Assembly: GCF_001194135.2 (NCBI RefSeq)
Contig: NC_068995.1
Coordinates: 17,774,272 to 17,838,271 of the forward strand
Origin: Octopus bimaculoides
Lineage: Eukaryota
Length of the DNA: 64,000 bases
Direction: 5' to 3'
Shown piece after piece: positions 54,908 to 64,000 of this stretch. The translations under genes were made by a program, and so were the position numbers. Every line of letters begins with the position of its first letter. Positions within the stretch are counted from its first letter, which is position 1. Below the pieces are notes generated by a model, which saw nothing but the letters and a program-made list of their open reading frames with translations, was not told where the DNA came from and did not search any database.

Positions 54908-56546
54908 CAGTAGTTCCCAAAGTGGGCACTACTGCCCCCCCCCCCCCGTCACGGACGTGAATATTCTTTCCTACGAGATTTCCGGACCCCAGTTATGAAC
55001 TTATTTGCGTACAGCCAATCAGAGCTCAACTATCAAAATAGTGTCGAAAATGCATATTCACGAAAATACTCTGGTTGAGTTGAGTGGAAAATGTGCATTA
55101 TAGCAAAATCTAACAGTCCTAAATGGGTTAACGGGGTTTACAAATGTGAAATTTAGTGTATTAAGTGAAAGGAAAGTTGCTCACCAATGATGCTATCAGC
55201 GTTACCAATTTGCGTAATCTACTAGAAAATGTAAATGAGTGTATTTTCCTAATGTTTTGACTGATTTCGTACTTTCCTAATTTAAAATGTTGATGTTGAT
55301 CTGGAAACATCGTAATCAATATGGCGTTGTATCGTATTGCGCCCTTTTTGCATATATCAATGAGTACATGCAGAATCGCTAATCTCAATCTGAGTATAGG
55401 TAGCTAATGTCAACTCCATATAGAGATGGTGCTCAATTGATCTATTAGCTTTATTACGGGCATATAGTCCTTACAAAGAATGGACACCAGAAGGACAGAC
55501 AACAAAAAAACGTGGGGTACAGATAACGAATGATGAGCATCTAATGTGGTATTTATAATGAGAAGATGTAATGGCTTCCGAGCCCCCCAAATCTCGCAGT
55601 TCCAATTGATCTATAAAGATGGTAGGTGGGATGTGGTGCTTATGTGAAACTTGCTCAGCGGTACTCACAGAGTGGCATACACCATTGTATACCTGACTGT
55701 CTGTACTGTAGTGGTACACAATATGTGGATTTTCAAGGTTAGCTCTGATTGGCTGTATACAAATGAGTTCATTACTGTACTCCAGAACTTTAGTGGGAAA
55801 AGGTCTGTTGCCCCGGACGTGATATTTTTTCCCACGAAAAACCAATGAACTCATTTGCATACAGCCAATCAGAGCTCACCTTGATCTTGTTATCAAGTTA
55901 ACAAACACACTGTAGTAAGTAAACTAAGGACGAAGAACGGTGTTGTCGACCGATCGCCAATTTATGCCTGATTTTAGAGGGAGACAAGTAATTAGATAGA
56001 TTTAGATCTATACCTATTATCGGATTTTGTTAGGGCAACATATGGTAAAATGTGGATGGAAAAAATGACGGTACAGGGTGATTTGCAAGCAACCCTCTCC
56101 TCTTACTGTTGTACAAAGTAAACAACAACACAAATAACAACGCAGAGGCAGCAATGGTTAAAACAAGATCAAGAACAACACGCATTATTAAAAGAGAAAA
56201 GAAGCATGGTCATTCCTTATTCAAGTGAACTTAACTTATCTTCCATCGCTTGTGATGCGCTCATAAATTAGTTTCATAGTTGAGCTCTGATTAGCTGTAT
56301 GCAAATGAGTTCATAAGTGGGGTCCAGAATTCTCGTGGGAAAAAAAAAAATTTCGCACACCGGAGGATGTATGTAAAAACAACAAAATAATGGGTTAATT
56401 AGGTTAAGTTTTATTTGGGAAATACAGTTTTGTCATACTTCATTCAGAAAGCTGTCTATGTCGGTGGTGATGAGTGGAGCAGAGATCATTAGGAATGTGA
56501 ACAGGGGCCCAAGGGGCGGCAGTCCGAAAAGTTATAGGTACCACTG
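54908..56546. mobile_element. Non-autonomous hAT (Charlie-type) DNA element
   Basis: Left end CAGTAGTTCCCAAAGTGGG..ACTGCCCCC; right end reverse complement CAGTGGTACCTATAAC..GGACTGCCGCCCC. Degenerate 8-bp TSD ATTTAGAA (54900-54907) / CTTTCGAA (56547-56554). Confidence 0.7.
54952..56364. repeat. Four copies of an ~80-bp module in alternating orientation inside the hAT element
   Basis: Outer inverted pair 54970-55033 / 56276-56339 (57/64); inner inverted pair 55733-55773 / 55844-55884 (39/41). Confidence 0.92.
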
Positions 56547-56825
56547 CTTTCGAACATAAAGCTCGTGGTCTGATTCATTCATATTTTCTAATTAGACACA
56601 GCTCCTGTGCTGATTTACATTCTTTCAAGGCCATATAACTTTTTATCTATTTATTGTCCTGCAGGTTTTAGGTATTATACTGAGGCCATACTCAGGCGTG
56701 GATGTCATGGTTTAAGTGAATAAAGAGTATGAATTTGGTAACTTTTCTCAGTTCACCCGTTTGCCAAGCTTCTATGGAATAGAGAGAAGAAAGGAATAAA
56801 GGCCAGGTGTGTAAGTGAATAAAGA

Positions 56826-57160
56826 CCAGATGTTAGGGGTGTTGTGGTCGCAGAAATTGTCTGACAGCCATGACCGGGTTCACCTGCTTGTGTGGCATGG
56901 TGCAGAGTCCTGTTGCCAGACATAGGGTCTTGACTCAGGGTAGCACTACCTCCTCCAGACACTTGATGTTGGCCTCCGTGTTGAGTCTGAGGCCGTGTGA
57001 GATGGAGGTAGGCATAACGTCGCCATCACTAGTGATCACTTTCACTTGAGTGGATGTTTGATTTTTATCACTTTCGGTACATGTCATCAGATTGCACTAT
57101 CCTCAGATTGACACCCAAACACTCTTAAACGTTCGTATTGGGGCTTCCGTATTGCCAGAA
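56826..57160 (-). pseudogene. Internally deleted Tc1/mariner transposase remnant (maT/DD37D-like)
   Basis: Manual translation: GSPNTNV*ECLGVNLRIVQ / VPKVIKIKHP / VITSDGDVMP..HGLRLNTEANIKCLEEVVLP*VK / PYVWQQDSAPCHTSR*TRSWLSDNFCDHNTPNIW. QQDSAP.H carries the second catalytic Asp. Confidence 0.85.
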
Positions 57161-57181
57161 AATAGAAGTACAAAATGAATA

Positions 57182-57535
57182 GGTAAGGGCTGGAGAAACA
57201 AGCTTTAACAGGAGACAGGGCTTAAAAGCCCTTACCATTTGTGTAAACTGTCCTGTTTTTGTTACCAACTGGGACGTTCCGCAAATCCCAACTTTTATTT
57301 AATTTGCTTTTCGAGAGCGACTGTTTTGACGAAGACGTATCTTGTCCTAACCCTCGAAATGCGGAGTAGATAAAACAGTGGACAACTGATGAAGGGATTG
57401 TTCTTTATGATGCCTGTCTCGTTTTTCTATTTGTTTCATTCGTTATTCAAAAAAAGTTCGTTTTCTATGTTTTTGTATTTTCATGTTCTCGTTTTTCATG
57501 TTGTTTACATTTTTTGACGTCCTGTACCCATATAT
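57182..57535 (+). mobile_element. Dispersed non-coding repeat, copy 2 (probable PLE pseudo-LTR)
   Basis: Homologous to 744-1090; see findings. Confidence 0.62.
57336..57396 (+). ncRNA. Candidate non-circularly permuted hammerhead ribozyme
   Basis: CGTAT-C-TTGTCC ... CTC-GAA-ATGCG ... GGACAA-CTGATGA-A-GGG; stems I and III covary with the 897-959 copy. Confidence 0.55.
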
Positions 57536-57586
57536 GCAAATCTATATACATATATATGGAATTATGTACATGTTTGTATGCATAAA

Positions 57587-57620
<34 letters not shown>

Positions 57621-58631
57621 NNNNNNNNNNNNNNNNNNNNNNNNNNNNNNNNNNNNNNNNNNNNNNNNNNNNAAAGGGAGAGAGACAATGATAGATAGAC
57701 AGATAGACAGATGATATCTAAATTTTATACACATACAAAAAAAAAAATATGCATTCATGCATATATGTATGTATTTATACATTTTCTTCTCTGTGTCACT
57801 ATGTGTAGTCTCCGCTCTTTGTACCATCGTGCCTGAAGCTATCGCTTCGATCGTTTTATTTTCTATTTGACTCCGTTTGCAATTTTTCCAGCAACCCCTA
57901 TCATTTCCCCACATGTATTCTTTTCCATAGTTGTCGTTCTATTTCACACATTCTCGTTTCTTCCACCGCAACTTAAATACAATGCTGGCATCTCTGGAAT
58001 GAACTATTTTGTCACATTTGCCGTAATTGTATTCGGCAATTCATGAACGGATCAAAATTCTGCTCCTGTGTTTGTTCTTTGACTTGGTTTTGCCAGTAAA
58101 TTTCTTTTTGTTCTGCATTACCTCCTTTGATGATGAAACTTATATTTTATTAGTTAAGAACTGAAGCGTATGGAACATTTTTTTCTCCGATCTTTTTATC
58201 TATGTCATTGTGAATTTGGATAACAAAATATAGCTGGTTCTATATAGCAAATTTTTCACATGGATTTCGCATATTTATGCAATATTCCTCCACAATGCCC
58301 TGATCAAACATCTATTCGTGTAAAATGACATTTATGCGTTTATAGTAAGACTCAATTTCCGAAAAAGGGCAAAGAAGCATTAGATTTTTACCAGCATCGA
58401 ATCTACTTCAAAAGATAGTATACTTAATAACTTTGATGACCTTGCGAATATTCCTTTGCAGCATCTAGAATCATTGTTAACAGAATCAAATAAGTATATT
58501 CTAGTACAAGACGCCGAGTAATACAAGTGCCAGCAAAACGTATTTAGTGGTAACAATAATGTGTTCCAATAAGATTTGTCTGCATTAACACATTTCACAA
58601 ACAGTTTATAAAAGCTCAAAATGATGAGATA

Positions 58632-58785
58632 TATACGTGCGGTAAGTAGGTTGCTTCTGGGGTCAGTCCCACTGCTTGACACCTTAGTCAACTGTCTTCT
58701 ACTAATGCTTCAGGCTGACCAAAGCATTGAGCTTGAATATGGTTGACGTATGTATAAAGAAGCCCGTGGTGCACACACACACACA

Positions 58786-58820
<35 letters not shown>

Positions 58821-59198
58821 ACACACACACACACACACACACGATGGGAAGCATGCTTCTTATCACACAAACACTCTTGCCACTCATATATCTGTCATTT
58901 ACTTTGAGCTTCTATAAACTGTTTGTGAAATGCATTAATGTATATATATTATATATATATATTAATGTATGTATACTTAAGTTTGTGTGCCTCACTGTTT
59001 TTCCCCATCATCGCTTGACAATGGTTAATTGTTTGTTTACGTTTCCGTAACTTAGCAGTTCGGGATAAGTGTCCAATATAATAAGAACCAGGTTTAAAAA
59101 ACGAATAATTACTGGTGTTCATTCATTCGACTAAAAGTTCTTCAAGACGGTGCCCCAGCATGGCCGCACATTAATGACTGAAACATAGATAAGATTAA
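58632..59198 (+). mobile_element. SINE family A interrupted by an inverted duplication (SINE parts 58632-58771 and 58979-59198)
   Basis: Head ggtaagtaggttgcttc..gtcagtcccactg..aagaagcccgt; tail catcgcttgacaa..ccgtaacttagcagttcgg..cggtgccccagcatggccgc..atgactgaaaca. Confidence 0.85.
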
Positions 59199-59588
59199 AC
59201 TTTAACTAATATAGATTTGTATCGCTGTCGAATGTTAAGAAAACATCTCTTGTTTAAAATGTGTCAAAAGCGTTGCTCTTTGCTTTAGGTAGAACATTTT
59301 TTTGTGTGTACTTCTGCATGCAACATTAACAACTACATACATTTGTATAGTCTAAGCTAAATACAGCGTTAGGAAATATTACTGAACAGTGAGTGAATGA
59401 AGGTTCTCCCACCATTTTAGTTGGACGGTTGTTGGTTTTCCGAGAGACTTAGTCTTACCGTTCTCCTCTATATCTTGGTAATTATGTGGGGCCATAACTC
59501 ACACGCTTACATGCACACGATGTGCACAATCACTCACACACATACACTCACACGGAGACACACATTTCTACATATGCATATATATACC

Positions 59589-59812
59589 TGTGAAGGCGCG
59601 TGGCTTAGCGGTTAGGGTATTCAACTCACGGTTGTAATGTCGTGAGTTCGACTACATGGTGATGCGCTATGTTCTTGTGCCAGACACTTTATTTCACGTT
59701 GCTCTAGTCAGCTCGACGAAAATAAGTTGTACCCTTAATTCAAAGGGCCAGCCTTGTAACATTTCGTGTCATACTGAATCTCTTTCGGACTACGTTAAGG
59801 ATTCGAATTTCT
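59589..59812 (+). mobile_element. tRNA-derived SINE family C, 3'-truncated
   Basis: A-box gcgtggcttagcggttag, B-box gagttcgact, core gacactttatttcacgttgctc, caaagggccagccttgt. Confidence 0.8.
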
Positions 59813-60127
59813 GTAGAGTACATATTTATATACATGCATACATACGCGTGTCTGTGTGTGCGTGTGCTTGTGTGTGCTTGTACTTTTTTAATCGGGAGAG
59901 ATTAAAAACGCCAGTTAACTAAGATTATCATGGCAGTTAGTAAATAAGACTGTAATTATATAATCTATAAACAGTATCGAAGTAAGAAATTTAAGGCAAC
60001 CTATATTCCTTGTAGTTCTCAAAAATTTGGAAAGTAAAACAACGGAATTGCTAGTGAATCTTGTGTTTTAAGTCAGCCAGTGAAGTATGTTCTCTCTTGT
60101 GAATCTCACATTTAGCTGAATCATTAA

Positions 60128-60265
60128 CAGGTCGGCGAAACTGCTTAGCAGCATAATTTCCAGCGGTCTTACGCTCTGAGTTCATATTCTGCCGTGACCA
60201 ACATTTTCCATCATATCAGATCCGATAAAACAAGTACAAGTTCAGCATTGGCTTGAATGTACCGA
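60128..60265 (+). mobile_element. SINE family B, degenerate
   Basis: ggcgaaactgcttagcagc..ttacgctctgagttcatattctgccg..ccgataaaacaagtac. Confidence 0.7.
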
Positions 60266-60816
60266 AATTAGAAAGATTCGTTTTTAATTCTTGAGAAGCT
60301 TGGTGAATCACTTCCATTGATAATATCTAACAAGATTAACTTCTGTTCTATGTCTACACTTCTTTGGAATTAAACACTAGATATTTTTAATACTGTATTA
60401 TCATTATTTCCTTGAAATTTAATTTATCTGACTTTGTTGATGATATCAATAATATTTCCAGTTTTTATAATGTCTGTGTTCCCAGAGGGACATATATAGT
60501 CAAGCTTCAGCTAAATCTCAGTTAAGTGAAGATTTTCAACTTATTATATTACGCATTCGAGGTCTCACACATATATGAAACATCTTCTGATTTATTTTCT
60601 CTCTAATGTTTTTATTCATAACAACTGTTGTTAATACCCCTTGAATTCTAAGCTTTTTTATGGTAACAGTTGTGAATTTGTTGATGAGCTTTCATTAAAA
60701 AATATTTCTGTTGTTTTCACCATAACACTCGGCTGTTTGAGGAAGTCATCTCCACTGCACTACACCTTGGTCTACTGGAGAACAAGCGAACCACGTACAT
60801 TGGGTATGCGTGGTCG

Positions 60817-60849
<33 letters not shown>

Positions 60850-61595
60850 NNNNNNNNNNNNNNNNNNNNNNNNNNNNNNNNNNNNNNNNNNNNNNNNNNN
60901 NNNNNNNNNNNNNNNNNNNNNNNNNNNNNNNNNNNNNNNNNNNNNNNNNNNNNNNNNNNNNNNNNNNNNNNNNNNNNNNNNNNNNNNNNNNNNNNNNNNN
61001 NNNNNNNNNNNNNNNNNNNNNNNNNNNNNNNNNNNNNNNNNNNNNNNNNNNNNNNNNNNNNNNNNNNNNNNNNNNNNNNNNNNNNNNNNNNNNNNNNNNN
61101 NNNNNNNNNNNNNNNNNNNNNNNNNNNNNNNNNNNNNNNNNNNNNNNNNNNNNNNNNNNNNNNNNNNNNNNNNNNNNNNNNNNNNNNNNNNNNNNNNNNN
61201 NNNNNNNNNNNNNNNNNNNNNNNNNNNNNNNNNNNNNNNNNNNNNNNNNNNNNNNNNNNNNNNNNNNNNNNNNNNNNNNNNNNNNNNNNNNNNNNNNNNN
61301 NNNNNNNNNNNNNNNNNNNNNNNNNNNNNNNNNNNNNNNNNNNNNNNNNNNNNNNNNNNNNNNNNNNNNNNNNNNNNNNNNNNNNNNNNNNNNNNNNNNN
61401 NNNNNNNNNNNNNNNNNNNNNNNNNNNNNNNNNNNNNNNNNNNNNNNNNNNNNNNNNNNNNNNNNNNNNNNNNNNNNNNNNNNNNNNNNNNNNNNNNNNN
61501 NNNNNNNNNNNNNNNNNNNNNNNNNNNNNNNNNNNNNNNNNNNNNNNNNNNNNNNNNNNNNNNNNNNNNNNNNNNNNNNNNNNNNNNNNNNNNNN

Positions 61596-61934
61596 CGGCC
61601 TCTTCGATGCAGCATCAACGAGTGTCAGCGTCCGACTGACTGTCTTGTCAAATTCCCCTTTTTATACCTGCTGCTAGGCTCCAGCAGGCTGCCCAGCAAG
61701 TTGTCACGTGACACTGTCTAAATTTCCCGCTGCTACGGTCCAGTAGGCAGCCCCAGCAAGTTGTCAAATGACACTGTCTAAACTTCCCGCTGCTAGGCTC
61801 CAGCAAGTAGTCACGTGACACTGTCTAAATTTTAACTGACAATGGAGGGCGCGTAATCTTAGCCCACGTATGCTCTAACTGAGATCGTCACCTGTCAATC
61901 AGCGAAGCCACTTCAGTGTCAGCCCGTCTCACCT
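61596..61934 (-). mobile_element. Probable LTR (gypsy-like) running into the gap, with ~60-bp U3 tandem repeats
   Basis: GC-rich; repeat units 61671-61729, 61730-61789 and 61790-61831; minus-strand TATA and Inr. No internal coding sequence or second LTR visible. Confidence 0.5.
61634..61666 (-). promoter_or_regulatory. TATA box plus initiator core promoter
   Basis: Minus strand TATAAAAA (61666-61659) lies 29 nt upstream of the A in TCAGTC (61637). Confidence 0.5.
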
Positions 61935-63203
61935 AATGATGTTATTTTTACAATTGTTTCACCTTTCTTGCCTTTTTGCTGTTGTATACACACACACGCA
62001 CCCCCCCCACACACACATGCACACACTCATTTATACACTCATAAGAAGGTATATCTAGCCTTCTATGTTTCTATTGTGTTCGTAAGGCTCATGATCTTCA
62101 GAACTTAAGTTATTTTGTCAGATGGTGTCTATAACCGTAGAACCGAAAGCTAAATGTTGCTTAAAGTTTGCTTCGACAAAGAAATCATTAAACATATGTT
62201 ATATTTCAGGGTGTAGACATTTCATTTCATATAATATAAAATACAAATAAGTAACAGCTAAACCTATTTACCAATTAAAAAGACTGACAGGAAGACTATG
62301 TAGTTTTGGCAGTTTTATTATGAGAAAGCACGAGATGAATGAAAATATAAGGATAAAGTTGTTGACAAAGTTTTGTCTAAATATTAAGTAAATTGTCGTG
62401 TCACGTATCACTTGAACGTAAATTTGGCAATTTTCCAGCTTCATTAATTTAGACATATGATAGTGAAATTCTTCTATAAAATGTTGTCCGTTAATAACTA
62501 GCTGCCGAAAATTTTCTTTGATCGTAGATGTATTCGGCTTTTCCTGCCTAAATGGTTTATCTCTTGATTCAAAACTACTTTCATCATATACATATATTTT
62601 TAGCTTATTAGATATATCTCCTCTTTCCCATTTATGTATGACAGTGTGTTAGCTTTTTTCTCTTTCTTTTTCTATCACGGTCCATCACAGATTCTTCTGG
62701 ATTCGAATGTTAGTGATATCCACACCAACCCTAAACTGATCATTTTATTATACCCATCTCATTCAATTGTTTCTTCTCTTTCAATCCGAAGAATTAGTCT
62801 TCTTTAAAACCATAAAAAATAAATGGGTGTTGCATTTAATTGAAAGTAATTGACAGATTCATTTGTATTTCCCTCTACCAAATGTATAGGTTTATGAATC
62901 GTTGTTATCTAAACCCTCTTGTTATTCCATATAATTCTAAATGTCCTTATGTATGCTCTTGATTATTTAAATTATGCTGGTTTTCGATTTGCATGAAATA
63001 TCAGGAAAAAGGAAGCAGACACTGTTATCCAACTGACAGTATAAATGTGTACCAGTGAAATGAGGGAAAATGTGTCGTTTAAAACGTCTTTGATCATAAG
63101 TCTGTTCGATCGTGATTGAGTCGATATTGATTTCCATCATGCATCTAAAAACACTTTCATTAATCTTTTCTTCCAATGCTTTTATGTCTCCTTGGAATTT
63201 TTT

Positions 63204-63349
63204 CTGGCTGTATGGTAAGAAGCTTGCTTCCCAACCACATGCTTTCCGGTTCAGTCCTACTGCGTGGCATCATGGCAAGTGTCAGCTACTATAACTTCGG
63301 GCCGCCCAAAACCTTGTGAGTTGTAGACGGAAAATAAAAGAAGCTCGTC

Positions 63350-63383
<34 letters not shown>

Positions 63384-63638
63384 CTCTATCTATCTATCTC
63401 TCTATCTATCTGTGTGTTTGTGTCTATGTGTGTGTGTGTTTGTCTTTATATCTTCCTACCGCTGTTGGTGTGCTTTTGTTTTCGTAACCTAGTGGTCCGG
63501 CAAAAGACACCGATATAATAAGTACTATGCTTTAAAAACTAACGCCTGGAGTCGAATTGTTCGATTAACCCCTTGATGTTGATGCCCCAGCAAGGCCGCA
63601 CTCAAATGAGTGAAACATGTAGAATAATAAAAGATAAA
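63204..63638 (+). mobile_element. SINE family A, full length, with (TATC)n linker
   Basis: tggctgtatggtaagaagcttgcttcccaaccacatg..ggttcagtcctactgcgtggc..ccggcaaaagacaccgatataataagtac..gccccagcaaggccgc. Confidence 0.9.
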
Positions 63639-64000
63639 CTATACTCAACTCTCTTCCTAAAATACTTGGTTTCGGACACTCAAATTTTATATGTACGACG
63701 TATTCTACTACTTAGTAATAACTACCAGGATGATGAGAATATGGTTTCGGTATCGTGAACTTTAGCTTGTTTTTCTGTATTTCTGAATTGACATGTAATC
63801 TTAGAACGTAATTTTTGAACGGTTTTCTTGTAAGAATTTGTTACACTCCTTCTTCGTTTTATATATCATGATTTTGGATTCTTCTCTCAAGCAATATGCA
63901 AATATGCACTAGAATTTAAAGGTAGGGCATGTTATTTAACAGGGCTCGTTTAACATACGTGGGGATTATTTTTTACCGCACCTAAAACCCAAATCGGCTA

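Noticed and set aside
55471-55860. 129-aa ORF inside the hAT element
   Set aside because: It overlaps the inverted-repeat arms and has no transposase or recombinase motif.
57800-58160. Fragments loosely like Ty3/gypsy gag (QNFDPFMN..LAE.NYG..RD..IV..EKLQ)
   Set aside because: Needs several frameshifts and is too degenerate to support without an HMM search.

Overview
AT-rich animal genomic scaffold with about 20 N-gaps, most of them opening at (TA)n runs. The microsatellite density and the tRNA-derived SINE families point to an octopus/cephalopod draft assembly (inference, not database-checked). I found no intact protein-coding gene, rRNA, tRNA or CRISPR array; nearly all ORFs in the track are microsatellite or gap artefacts. 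The window is an intergenic or intronic graveyard of mobile elements. It holds about 16 SINE copies or fragments in three families, and decayed MULE and Tc1/mariner transposases. It also holds an R4/Dong-like RLE LINE 3' end, a CR1-like RT fragment, a Penelope GIY-YIG 3' end, a hAT-type non-autonomous element carrying a nested four-arm inverted-repeat structure, and a probable LTR. The most interesting signal is a dispersed non-coding repeat (897-959, 57336-57396, partial at 27411-27472). It contains all hammerhead-ribozyme core nucleotides and three helices with compensatory changes between copies, but in a non-circularly permuted strand order. Weak candidates for host-gene exons exist (21-nt microexon at 10660-10680; polyQ exon across the 40229-41001 gap).
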